Shown piece by piece: positions 24,517 to 38,087 of a stretch of 64,000 bases of DNA (within the stretch, counting starts at the first letter, position 1; the number at the start of each line of letters is the position of its first letter). Where the stretch lies: contig OX597823.1 of the NCBI GenBank assembly GCA_951406725.2, positions 58,466,001-58,530,000 on the forward strand, written 5' to 3'. Source of the DNA: Octopus vulgaris. Lineage: Eukaryota. The notes beneath the pieces were generated by a model. That model saw only the letters and a list, made by a program, of their open reading frames with translations. It was not told where the DNA came from and did not search any database. A program made the translations under genes and the position numbers.

Positions 24517-25728
24517 CAAGGTGTCCCCCAAAAATGTGTACACACTTTAAATAATTCTAAAGTAAGTGTTTATTAAATATACATTTCATTTTCAAAATTC
24601 AATAGAATCTACAGACATTTTATTATTTTGTCAGCACCTCTTTTCAAACTGACGTCTGTTCTGGTCCAGGCACTGCTGACAGCGTGAAGCGATGCAATCG
24701 CAAACATCATGAATCAGTTTGTTAGGTGTTTCTGTGCATTTTCATTCAGTGGCTGCTCTCAAACCAGTGATTGTTGAAGGTTTCATAGCGTAGACTTTGT
24801 CTTTTAGGTATCCCCATAAAAATAAGTCTAGTGGTGTGAGATCTGGTGTACACAGAGAGTATTCAACGAAACCCATTCTTCAATCCACCTGTTGGCAAGA
24901 TCTCATCAAGGAAGGATCTAACGTTAAGGGTGTAGCATGGGGGTACCCCATCTTGCTGAAAATAAAACTCTTCATCTTCAAAACTCTCTAATGCTTTGGG
25001 ATGATAGACTGTTGCAGCAAGTTCAAGTAAATTGGAGACCAATCACAGTAGCATAAAAAAAGAATGGTCCAGTTAATCCTCTTGATGATAAGCCACATGG
25101 TAAATTTAACTCATGGTAAATTTACTTGGTGTTCCACCATAACATGTGGATTCTCAGATCCCCAGTAGGTGCAGTTGTGGCAGTTAATTGAACCATTTAA
25201 TTTGAATGTGGCCTTATCACTCCACACACAATCTTTGTTGGAAAGTGTGCTTCTTCTACGCATCGTGCCATATACCACTCTCAATATTGCACTCTTTTCC
25301 AATGATAATGCTTCAAAATGCATTGGACAGACGATTTTGAAATACCTACCTCACAACTCACTTGACGCACATATTTTCTTGGACTTTGGTGATATGTTCC
25401 CAGTACTCCTTGCTTTGTTGGGGTTGTCGATGTTCGTGTTTTTCCGGAATGCTTCTTGTGGACATTCTGAACAGTTCCATTGGCTTCAAACTTATCTCTA
25501 ATTTGAATGATGGTAAGTTGCGTTGGTGGATCCGTTTGAAACTCTCTCCTAAACTGTCTTTGCACTTCAACAGCGTTTTCACACTTCCAGTAGCATTTTA
25601 GAATGAATCTCCTTTGTTCAAAGCTTAGTCTGACTGCCATCATTAATTCCAATGGGTTTAATCTGGAAAAAAGAAAACATCAAGTTTTCAGTTGCTAAAG
25701 TGTGTTTACATTTTTTTGGGACACCCTG
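24517..25728 (-). mobile_element. Near full-length decayed Tc1/mariner (DD41D/rosa-like) transposon
   Basis: TA|CAAGGTGTCCCCCAAAAATGTGTACACACTTT ... AAAGTGTGTTTACATTTTTTTGGGACACCCTG|TA; frameshifted transposase: MAVRLSFEQRRFILKCYWK (HTH), [24 protein letters not shown]. Confidence 0.92.
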
Positions 25729-25740
25729 TATGTGTGTGTA

Positions 25741-25773
<33 letters not shown>

Positions 25774-26169
25774 CTCATTGTTACCAGTTTAATGTCCACT
25801 TTTCCAGTCTTGCATGGATCAGGCAAAGTTAGTTTAGTCAGATTTTTCTATGGTCAAATGCTTCTTCTATTGTCAACTCATCTGTTTCTAAGCAAGGTAA
25901 TATTTCTCCATGGCTTGCACATGTATTTCATGAAATGAATAAACAACATTGAATTACGATGACATTCACTTACAACCATAGTGTGATCTCAAAACATGGG
26001 TGCATACACACTCGCTCACTCACTCACTCTCACACACACACACACACACACAGAGCTTTGGTTAGCCCAGCTGTGGTACAAGATGCTTGCTCAAGGTGCC
26101 TGAAACCATGTAGTTGGAAAATAAGGTTCTCAGCCATACAGCCGTTGTGCTCTTCTCTCTGATAATTGA

Positions 26170-26340
26170 AATAGGATACAGTTCTATATTAAGAGATGAA
26201 GAATTATCTACATTATTTACATTTGATGGATATTTGTTAACACGTTTCGGCTGATATACCCTCCAGCCTTCATCAGGTGTCTTGGGGAAATTTCGAACCT
26301 AGGTTTTCATTCCTAAGGTATTTTTTGATGTTGTTGTTAC

Positions 26341-26404
<64 letters not shown>

Positions 26405-26405
26405 T
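26170..26405 (-). mobile_element. Penelope-like terminal-repeat fragment with a degenerate hammerhead motif (26239-26281)
   Basis: Minus strand GACAC-CTGATGA-A-GGCTG-loop-CAGCC-GAAA-C-GTGTT; adjacent (TTA)n tract. Confidence 0.6.
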
Positions 26406-27271
26406 TATTCCTAATCCCAAGAACTCAGCAGAATGTGCTGGGTGCTTTTTATGTGCCACTGGCACAGATGCCTTCTGCAGCACTGGTGTAGGTGCTTTAT
26501 CATTTTTATTAGGAATTGTATAGAAAAATTGTTTAGATATCTTGTGTATTGAAGAAGTGTAACTAATTTGTTGCATATATACTTCTACAACAAAATCTTA
26601 TATGGACTTGACCCCAGTTGAGAAACGCTGATCTACATCATTATGGGTGGAATAATGTTGGTGGAGGTCAATCTTAAGTTTTTGTTATTCTGTACAAGTT
26701 GTCACAGTCTGAGTCTATTCTTTGGAGTTACTGCACTCGTAAATGAATTGAAGGACTATGTTTCATTTTTGGCTTGGTTTCTGTGGCTAGATACTTTTCC
26801 TACTACCAACCACTCTACAGAGTGTAGTAGGTGTATTTTCGTCTTCATACCAAAATTAATGAGATTGCCTTGTTTCTTCATAAAACTAGAGTGATCTCAC
26901 TACTCTGTTGGGGAAGGTGAATAGAAGAGAGAGAGAGAGGGCAGAAGAATCAAGATGAGCAGATTGGTTGCAAGTGTATGATGATAGAATCACAATGTTT
27001 GAAGGGAGAAGGAGTGGGAATGGTGACTAGTGACTCAAAGGATTATGGTTTTCTCTTCTTCAGTTACTTTCACAACATAATTAAGGATTTTATGAAAATG
27101 AATTCTTAGTAGCTAGTTACTTATATAAACATATTTCTGTATTCAATTTTTGACTAATTCTAAAGAATAAAATGGGTATTAATAGGATGCAGCTTTATGA
27201 ATGTTATTTGAATTTTCACTTTTTATTTATCCACAAACTTTTCTCTCAAAGTTTTTTTTTAAGTGTGTATA

Positions 27272-27646
27272 GGCGCAGGAGTGGCTGTGTGTTAAGTAGC
27301 TTGCTTTTCAACCACATGGTTCCGGTTTCATTCCCACTGCAAGGCACCTTCGGCAAATGTCTTCTAGTATAGCCTCGGGCTGACCAAAGTCTTGTGAGTG
27401 GATTTGGTAGATGGAAACTGAAAGAAGCCCGTCGTAGTTTGTGTGTCTGTGTTTGTCTCCACAACATCGCTTGACAACCGATGCTGGTGTGTTTACGTCC
27501 CCATAACTTAGCAATTCGGCAAAAGAGACCGATAGAATAAGTACTAGGCTTACAAAGAATAAGTCCTGGGGTTGGTTTGCTCAACTAAAGGCGGTGCTCC
27601 AGCATGGCCGCAGTTAACTGACTGAAACAAGTAAGAGTAAAGAGTA
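27272..27646 (+). mobile_element. SINE family A, full length
   Basis: GGCGCAGGAGTGGCTGTGTG head to GTAAGAGTAAAGAG tail. Confidence 0.9.
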
Positions 27647-27720
27647 ATATAATGTTTCAAGCCGTTCCATCTGCGGCTCTTTTACATACCAGCAGAACCT
27701 TGCACTTTTGATGCCTTTAA

Positions 27721-27939
27721 ACCTTTAGCATTCAAATTATTCTATCAAATGTAATGCTTATTTATTCACATTGTTTTGAATTATTCATGCATTATCTCAG
27801 CTTTGAGATTCCACTGATGTAATTGTATATTTTTAGAATGACATTGTAGGATGGATGTGAGAGGCCAGAACTGGCCAGTTTGAACATAAAACAGCTAGAA
27901 TATTTTGGCCAGATATGGCCAGTTTAAATGCTGAATGGG
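27721..27939 (+). mobile_element. piggyBac-type MITE (a second, 5'-clipped copy lies at ~28251-28449)
   Basis: TTAA flanks and family body AGCATTCAAATTATTCT ... TTTAAATGCTGAATGGG. Confidence 0.8.
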
Positions 27940-29017
27940 TTAAATTCCATATGTTGTGAGTTGTTTCACACTTAGGGATTGAGGTTGTTTGCATGAGTTG
28001 TCATCATTTTAGTTTTCACATGTTTTTCTATGGCTGGATGCTCTTGTTGTTGCCAAACCTCACATGTTTCCAAGTAACGTAATATTTCCCCTAGTCTTTC
28101 AAATGATGATCTGTTCAATGGCAAGTCCTATCTTCAGTAGCACATGTAAAGAGAAACACTGTCAGTAACGGTGATATTGCTTACATATTGTGCAGACAAA
28201 AATCGGACATGTTTTCATGGCTGATATAAATAATGACATCTACATGGGGAGCATTCAGATTACTCTATCAAATGTTTTATTTATTCACATTGTTTTGAAT
28301 TAATCATGCATTATCTCGTAGATTCGAGATTTCGATGGTGTGGTTATTTATTTTCAGAATGACATTGTTTGGTAAGTGTGATGGGCTGGATCTGGCTAGT
28401 TTGAACAAAAAACAAGTAAAAAGATCTGGCTGGTTTAAATGCTAAAGGGTTAAGCAGTGCCTTAACAGTATTAAGATAATTGGAAGACTCGCATATGTAC
28501 AGTGAATTTCTCTCAGTTCACTGAAGTCATTGGTCACTCCAAGGGTATAGAACAGGCATGGGCAACCATTTTTGAGAAGCAGGCCGTATGAAACCTGGCT
28601 CAGCTTCAGACAGGCTGCACAATAAAAACATACAAGGTAATTTTTCGTTTAGATGTCTCATTCAAAATGTCCTGCGGGCCTCATGTTGCCCTTGTTACTA
28701 TAGATGATACCTGCTCACCATGCCATGCTGGGAATGAACCTGTGACCATATAGTTGCAATGCAAATTAATTATTATAAAGATAAGGTTATTTATTTTTAT
28801 CACCCATACTTGACCGTGGTAATGTGTTGCAGAACCCCCTTCTCAGTTAAATCTTTTCTGATGTTCCTTATATTTTAGTTTCATTGTTCGATGATATTTA
28901 TTATGAATACATCTCTTACGGAATACCCTTAGTTAATGTGTTAGAGTCGTAGTTTAGACAAGGCATGCTCATCATCATCACTGAGTATCCTGGTTTCCAT
29001 GCAGTCTTGAGTTAGAC

Positions 29018-29232
29018 CAGTGGTTCTCAACTGGGGTCCATATAAGATTTTGTTGTTAAAATTTATGTACAATAAATTGGTTACACTTCAACAATACACT
29101 GTATTATAACAATTTCATTTTATACAATCCCTAATAATATTTTATAACAAAGATATGAGAGAACTTTTAAAGCATCAAATGACTTATGAGGGTCCACTTG
29201 AGTAAAATAGTAATCAAGGAATTCATATGGAC
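29018..29232. mobile_element. hAT/Charlie-like MITE fragment
   Basis: CAGTGGTTCTCAACTGGGGTCC end; homologous to 35317-36037. Confidence 0.65.
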
Positions 29233-29346
29233 TCACAAAACTGAGGCAGTTTTCTATGGATAGATGCTCTTCTTGTCACCTGGCCACATTTCTTTTCAAA
29301 TAAGGGACCACTTCCTCTAGTTCTATGAACAACTCAATGATTGGAT

Positions 29347-29757
29347 ACTCTTTTTACTCTTTTACTTGTTTCAGTCATTTGACTGCGGCCATGCTGGAGT
29401 ACTGCCTTTAGTCGAGCAAATCGACCCCAGGACTTATTCTTTGTAAGCCCAGTACTTATTCTATCGGTCTCTTTTGACGAACCGCTAAGTAATGGGGACG
29501 TAAACACACCAGCATCGGTTGTCAAGCAATGCTAGAGGGACAAACAAAGACACACAAACATATACATACACATACATATATATATACATATATACGACAG
29601 GCTTCTTTCAGTTTCCGTCTACCAAATCCACTCACAAGGCTTTGGTCGGCCCAAGGCTATAGTAGAAGACACTTGCCCAAGATGCCACGCAGTGGGACTG
29701 AACCCGGAACCATGTGGTCGGTTAGCAAGCTACTTACCACACAGCCACTCCTGCTCC
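29347..29757 (-). mobile_element. SINE family A, full length, little diverged
   Basis: Reverse complement of the 27272 copy with CpGs retained. Confidence 0.92.
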
Positions 29758-29954
29758 TATGTTTTTTTTTTTTGGCAAATTGTTACCAAAGACACCATTT
29801 TATCGACAGTGATATTTTAAAGTTGCATGCAAGCAACATTACAGCAAAGGGAAGACACAAACACATGTACATACACATTCATATGCACATGCACACACGA
29901 TGGACTTCTTACAGTTGCCTTCTCTCAATTTCGTTCACTAGGCATTTGTTAACC

Positions 29955-30255
29955 GAGGGGTTCGCAACCATTTATTATCCATGGACCACTTTGATTACTA
30001 TTTCATTCTGGTGGACCTCCATAACCATTTGATGTTTAAAAAATAGCTTTATAGAAATGTCTTTCAAAATTCTTGTTTTGTTTTTCACACATTAACTTGT
30101 GCAGGTTGAACTAAGTAAAACGTTAGAGAAAGAAACCTGTTTCTTGAAATATATACGTCTAAAGTAAAAAGTTTTTAGAGGCCCTTAAAATACAGTTATC
30201 ATTTTGTTGTGTGGATGCCCAAAAATGTTATATGGACCCTGGTTGAGAACTCCTG
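29955..30255. mobile_element. hAT-type MITE inserted in an old minus-strand SINE A
   Basis: GAGGGGTTCGCAACC ... GGTTGAGAACTCCTG TIRs; degenerate 8-bp TSD TGTTAACC / GGTTAGCC. Confidence 0.65.
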
Positions 30256-31087
30256 GGTTAGCCCAAGACACTAGAAGACATCTGCCCACAGTGCTACCTA
30301 GTGGGAACAAACCTGAAAATACTTGGTTTGCAAATTGAACTTCTTAACCACACAGTATTATGAATACATCATCACATGGCATGTCATTGTAATATGGGGG
30401 CTAAACCCTTCAACTAGACGCATGGCTTAATAAGAAAGAACCACATAAAAATCATTAATAATATGAATGATTAAGTATCAAACCTTTTGTCTTGGCACAT
30501 TATGAATACATCAATCAACATATGAAACCCCATTAGTAACGTAAATGGGAAAGGGTTAAAGCTTAGACAAGGCACATCACTCTATGAATACATTAGCATA
30601 TTTCTCATCAGTTCTAATACGAATGTTAAAGAGTTAATAAAACATTAAGTCATAAAACTTTCAATATATTAAAGATGCCAAATGTTTTTCATGACTCATT
30701 TCCCCACCATTCTAGCGGAGAATGTCTTTCACCGAAATGCGCTTCTAGAGTTATTAAGTCTGTATTTTAATAAGCACCATCCATAATCACATTTCAGTGA
30801 AATGCCCTGGCGGATGTGAAGTGGTTGTTGATTGTTACTGCTGCTTTGGAGCCATTTCAGTGTGGATTTTCTCACTTAGTTACCTTCTGTGTTTTGTGAA
30901 TAATTTCTTTTTTATGATTTTAATGGGGACAAGTACATATGTGTAATACAATTCTGATAACTGTTGTTGATTGCATGCATGTCTCGAGAGACATTGTTAA
31001 ACCAGAATGCATTATATATGTGCATGTATGTATGTATGTTTGTGTGTGTGTATATATATACACGCACACATAAGCATGTATATACAT

Positions 31088-31590
<503 letters not shown>

Positions 31591-31976
31591 AAATATTTTA
31601 TAGAATGCATGGATGGTTCTTTTTTTTGTTATTGAGGCTCAGTTATAATTTTGAAGGACTAAATGTTAGCATAGTTGCTTCCCTTTTTGTTTATCTAAGT
31701 GCTAGTTGTTGCTTGTGATTATGTATGTGTATAAGTGTATGTATATACATATAACTATGTGTGTATGTGCGATTGATCTGTAGATGCGTGTGTGAATATT
31801 GGCGTTCCCTGACTAACAAACCGTATAATTTTCTTTTGTGATTTAAATTTCAAACCAATAGCCAATCGAATTAATCTAAATTTTCTTTACCTAGTGGTCA
31901 GCATTTCTTAACCCATAGTTATTTCGATCTTGAAAGGATGGACTTGGTGCTAACTTAACTGTATCTATTTTTATTA

Positions 31977-32040
<64 letters not shown>

Positions 32041-32375
32041 AGTAATTTTTATTAACTTTTATAGCTTTAGAATTTTATGAACTGTACCACGGATTTAATT
32101 ATTATTTTTCATCTCCATATGTGTTAGCCTTTTTTTTATAAAAAAAACTATCAGCCAAATATGTATAATATCGGTACTTATTAATATTAATATATACACT
32201 GTTATATATTTTGTTTTATTTTGTTCTGTTTACCTTCCTTTTTGTACAAATGTGTATTATATTATATAAGTGTAGCATTATGATGTATAAGTTTTTATAT
32301 TTTACATTTTTATATTTTTATATTTATATGTATATGATTATATAATATTTTTCACTATTATAACAAATTTAATTT

Positions 32376-32491
32376 AATTCTCTGAAGAGGCCGTGGGGCA
32401 TCCTTGTTAATGCCTCATTTATACCTGCCTTTATGGCTTATAGGTTAAATGAGGTATGACTGTCCTCACTGCCGAAACAGCTGTCAGTTTT
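32376..32491 (+). ncRNA. Type I hammerhead ribozyme motif with long stem II (Penelope-like element)
   Basis: CTGAAGA (32382-32388), stem II closed by GGC/GCC, GAAA (32474-32477), palindromic stem III ACAGCTGT, GTC triplet (32483-32485); stem I is weak. Confidence 0.7.
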
Positions 32492-32692
32492 GATTTATTT
32501 GATTTATTTGTATATTATATTTGAAATTTTTTACTTATATCTCTTTATCTTTTTACTATTACTGTATATCTCATTTCATTTTATATATTGCCTTTACTCA
32601 TATGTAATGGTGTATTAAAGTATGGATTGAGTATCATCGGATAGTTGATGTTTTACTGATTTAAGTATGTTTCTCCATTCTCTAATTTTGTA

Positions 32693-33100
<408 letters not shown>

Positions 33101-33166
33101 AGAGTGTGTGCATAGACATACGCTTGAGAGGAGGAATAGAATTCTATGTAGAAGCAAATTTCTTAA

Positions 33167-33201
<35 letters not shown>

Positions 33202-33819
33202 ATGCATATATATGCACACACAAACATCATACACATGCATACACACAGGTGTTTGTGTATAATGATTTCATGTAGTATTGGTTGTCATTTAATGAAGTCG
33301 AGTTTTTACTCCTCATTCAAAATGTATTGTGTGTAATTTTCATTAATATCAGTTTATTAGCTAGCTTTTTAGTTACATCTTTATTCCCCCCCCCCACCTA
33401 CCCACCCAACACACAAATTTTAGAGGTTAGTATTAACCATAACTCCTATTCTTCATCAGAAGAAGAAAGGTGGTGCCTCTTGATCCTTTTCAAGGTTTCC
33501 ATTGCTGCTGACCCTGAAAATGGAAGTTGTTAGACCTGGCCTGAAAGCTTGCAGTTGTGTGGACTCTGTGAAAGGCATTGAAAAGCCTTTTAGTGTTTGT
33601 GAGAAACCAGATGGCAGAATGCCGTTACAGTGTGTAAAGACTCGAATAGTGGAAATTGTAGTTTGGTACAGAAATCTTAACAACATTTAGTTTTAACCCT
33701 ATTAATACCAACCTTACCTTAGACTGTTCCTGGTTCTATAATATAAACTTCTTGTTTTAAAGTAATTTGAATTGAAACTTGCATGAAAATTTTTTTATCA
33801 AGCTTAACAATGACAGTTC

Positions 33820-34310
33820 ATCATCATCAACAGCATGGGTTGAATGGAGCAGCTGAAGGGCTGTTCAGGCAGTTTTGGCATGGTTTCTATGGCTGGGTGC
33901 CCTTCCTAATGCTCACCACTTAATAGAATATACTGGGTGCTTTTTACGTGGTACCAGCACCTGTGAGCCCACAAGATTAGGGATACTCAACCGAAGAGGG
34001 TTGCAAAGGATGAACCTGTATGCAAGGGAAGGTATGCTTATACTTAGCTTGATGTCTTTTCAAGCACAACAAACTGCCTAGAGTCTCAGTCTCCTGTGAG
34101 TCCCATCGTTTGTAGATCCTTTCTCACCACTTTGAACCAATTTTCCTTGGTCTACCCCTTCCACGTGTTCCCTCTACAGTTAGAGATCTACACCTCTTGA
34201 TGCAACCGTCTTCTTCATTCATACTCATTACATGGCCATACGAGATTAGTCTTCTCTCTTGTACACTACCTTTGATGCTATATTTACCCAGTTTTTCTCT
34301 CAAATCACAC
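33820..34310 (-). mobile_element. Old RTE LINE 3' fragment (RT C-terminus plus UTR)
   Basis: Minus strand reads LREKLG...VQERRL..YGHVM...CIKRCRSLTVEGTRGR; UTR motifs and a CAT-repeat tail. Confidence 0.75.
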
Positions 34311-34569
34311 TTATTCTTTCAAAATCATTTGAAACAAAGGCAGTGTATTTCATCAGAAATATAACATCAGAAAAAATTGCTAGTTTTTATTTGGAGCCTG
34401 TTCTTTTATCTATTGTTTCAAATCCTGATAGTTGAATTTGCCTTTGATTCCCTTATTTTGGTAGTGGTTGAATGTTTCAGTGAAATCTACCCTTTTCCCT
34501 GTACTAGAAGGGATTTTATTGACTACTTCTCCAGTGCAAATTGTCTCCTTGTGCTCATATAAATTCTGT

Positions 34570-34760
34570 TTCACATTTTGGCACAATGCCAGCAATTTGG
34601 TGAGTGAGAGTAAATCAATTACGTCGACCCCCAGTGCTCTACTGGTACTTCTGTCAACCCTGAAAGAATGAAAAGCAGTCAACCATGGTGGAATTTGAAC
34701 TCAGAATGTAAAGATGGATGAAATGCCCCTAAGTATTTTACTCAGACTGTTGTGGGCAAC
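34570..34760 (-). mobile_element. SINE family B
   Basis: GGAATTTGAACTCAGAA (B box, reverse) and family body. Confidence 0.7.
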
Positions 34761-35316
34761 ATGCTGCCTCGAAGACTTTCTGAATGGTACACCTAACAAA
34801 AAAATAACCTTGATTTTCTTAGATGTGTGGCCTGCCTGAGATGATAAGTTAGGTCTCATTACACTCTGTAAAGTAGTTGGCATTAGGAAAGACACCCAGT
34901 TGTAGAAATCATGCCAAAACAGACAGTGGAACCTGATGCAATTCCTAGTCTTACGTGGTAAACTGTCCAACTCATTCCAGCATAAAAATCCACAAGTTAG
35001 CCTTAAGTATACCTATAATAAAAGTCTTTCGACCTATGACCATCTTGCTCATTTAAGGGTTATTTAGCATTATATTCTCTGAGTTTTTCAGTTTTTATTA
35101 TGAGGGGAGTAGGATTTGAGGGAGATTTATATGCGGCATCTTGCAAATTGGGGAGTCAAATGTAAACATCCTACTAGAATCAGATATCATGGATACAATT
35201 AGACAGGTGAAAATTGTATCCCCTCTACCTCTGGTTATGATACCAGTCTTTTTACTATTAATTACTATCGGAGCAATGTGAAAGTTCAATGTCATACATT
35301 GAACATGAAACTAGTT

Positions 35317-36037
35317 CACTGGTTCTCAACTGGGGTCCACATGACCCCTGGGGATGTATATGGCCCCAGATGGGTGGGTGGCAGTGCATAAGGTTTTACT
35401 GTTAAAATTTATCTGCAATAAATTGGTAATATTTCTACAATACACAAAGTATTTTAACAATTTTTTTATTATACAATTTCAATTTTCAATTATACAATTT
35501 CAATTTTTATTATACAATTTCTAAAAATATTTAATTATAAGTATATATTAATAACAAGAAGGAGGTACTTTTTCCACTCACCAAAGTGAATGGAGCTTTT
35601 GCCAGGACGAACTGATGTCATCAGATGGTATCCTATGTTCATTGGGTGTTTCGATCCTGAACTCTAAAACCCTCCCATTAGTGGGTCAGCAGAAGTGGCC
35701 AAATCACTGCTTCTTATTTCCTCCTGGCTTCCATCCTAACTCCTCTCTTGCTCCAAAGCCAACAAGAAGCTCTTTCAGCTGTCTCTCCCCTCCTGCACAC
35801 AGCCACCCATCACTCTTTTCTTTTCATTCCAATGGCTGTAAGCATCCTCTATGACAAATGAACAGGTAACCCCTTACAACCAACCTTGACTGGGAAAAAC
35901 CATAACTTCCATCCCTTCTCCCTGCAGTCCCACGGAGATGAGGATATTTAAGCATCAAATGTTTATTAGGGTCCAGTGTAGAGTGAATTAGGAGTCAAAG
36001 GGCATCCATAGGCAAAAAAAGTGTTTGAAGACCACTG
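35317..36037. mobile_element. hAT/Charlie-like MITE with a secondary insertion
   Basis: CACTGGTTCTCAAC ... TTTGAAGACCACTG; flanks AACTAGTT / CTCTAGTT. Confidence 0.6.
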
Positions 36038-37170
36038 CTCTAGTTGAACCCATGGAGTAAAAAAAGAAGAGAACCTGTTGTGAGTTCTAATCTTATGCTT
36101 TCTTCATTGACTTGAACTATTTTATTAAAAATATTGAAAATATATCCAATAAAACATTTTAGATGATTAAAAGAAAAACAGTAGATTTAATAACATTTTT
36201 TTTTTATTTCAAATTTATATATCATTTTCTTTTCATTTTTTGTTGAGAATTTGTTTCTAAATCGAAAGGTTAATATATGTTACACTCTCTGTTTGTGTCT
36301 GACTTCACTTCTCCAACCTAATCTTAATTTTCATTCCTCCCTCTAGGCTAATGTTTATTGACATAACCATTTCCATTATGTATGTTTTTAAAGTTGAGCT
36401 TGTTTGTTTGTTAATAGAAAATAATTCCTACAGAAAATGGCATATAAAAAGATACACACACACTACACACATATGTAGCTTTAGAGGAATACAAATGAAT
36501 ACTCTTTTTTTTTACTTTTGCAAATGAACTTCAAAATTGTTGCCTTAAAGACCAGTTATCTCATAGAACTTTTTTTTTTTTAAACTGAGTTTTCAGTTTC
36601 TTTTGTTACTGTCTATGAAAGTTGCTGATCACAAATCACAAGAGTGTGTGTGCTCGCTTGCACTTATGTATTAATAGCCATTAACTTGCATTTTACAAGG
36701 TTTTGGCATACATTCATTCATTCATTTAGTCGTCTTATCTTTAGCTATAAAAGATCGTTTGCAAGGTTGTGTTTCTTTTTTTATTTCTCTTTTGTACCTT
36801 TAAATATATTTTCTGTGGTAAATGAAGATAGCTGTCATTATGACAGCTATCAAGGTGCATCAGCTTAAAAATGAAAGTTTTTTTCAGAAATATTATAAAA
36901 GGGCCCCAGCCAAAAATGGTTGGCTACTTTTCTTCAGGGCACCTCTAACAACATCATATTTTTGCGCTTATGCACGGCTGTGTGGTAAGATGTTAGTTTC
37001 CCAACCACCTGGTTCTGATTTCAGTCCCATTCCCTGACACTTTGGACTAGTGTCTTCTGCTATAGCCTCAGGCCTACCAAATCCTTGAGAGTGAATTTGG
37101 TTGACAGAAACTAAAAGAACCTTGTCCTGTGTGTATGTATACATACATACATACATGCATATATATATAT

Positions 37171-37773
37171 ATATAAAATTTTTTTTCAGAATGAGATAAA
37201 AAAACCCAAGGCTGTGAAGATTTTAGAACATTTATAAATAGATCTTACAGCTGTTTCCAGGATATTCATTATATCCCTTCATCGGAGACTGTGTGAGAAA
37301 ATGGTTAAGCAATAGTTAATTTAGATAAGATACGAAACAGAGAGTGAAGTGGAGAAATGAAAATAGATGTGAGAAATGCAGGGATATTGCATCTGTAGAT
37401 CCATTATTTAGGCAGAATGGTATACATATAAGATTCCAATATCTTGTATTAAATACCAATAGTATTTAAAATTTTAAATACTATTGCATTTTACTCACAA
37501 GGTATTGGAATCTTATATGTATACCATTCTGCCTAAATAATGGATCTACAGATGCAATATCCCTGCATATCTCACATCTATTTTCATTTCTCCACTTCAC
37601 TCTCTATTTCGTATCTTATCTAAATTAACTATTGCTTTACCATTTTCTTACACCGTCTTTGAAGGGATATAATAAATATCCTGGAAACAACTGTAAGACC
37701 TATTTATAAATGTTCTAAAATCTTCACAGCCTTGGTTTTTTTTATCTCATTCTGAAAAAAAAAATTAATATAT
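37171..37773. repeat. ~600-bp palindrome, probably inverted Penelope-like terminal repeats
   Basis: ~275-bp highly similar inverted arms; contains a hammerhead-like motif; flanked by (AT)n. Confidence 0.9.
37242..37289 (-). ncRNA. Hammerhead-like motif with CCGAUGA core
   Basis: GTCT-CCGATGA-A-GGGATAT/ATATCCT-G-GAAA-CAGCT-GTA-AGAT; the opposite-arm copy (37655-37699) has a core deletion. Confidence 0.5.
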
Positions 37774-37913
37774 ACACATGCTGATATATGACCTACATTG
37801 GACTCCTTATTTGCATAATCACCGAACCTGGAGCTTAACTATGGTCTATCCATAGCACTTACTCAGCATTACCTGACACCTTTGGGTCTTACTGACACCA
37901 TTACCTCTCATAA

Positions 37914-38020
<107 letters not shown>

Positions 38021-38087
38021 ACAGAGATGTACTTGCATAGCTAGTAAATGATTTTTTCTGAGATCGTGTGCTGAAAGTAGAAGAATT

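Noticed and set aside
29529-30032. Recurrent ORFs containing RQASFSFRLPNPLTRLWSA
   Set aside because: Antisense reading of SINE family A; they recur because the SINE recurs.
30797-30917. Cys-rich then hydrophobic frame after TTTCAG (KCPGGCEVVVDCYCCFGAISVWIF...)
   Set aside because: Weak polypyrimidine tract, no phase-compatible upstream exon and no family recognised.
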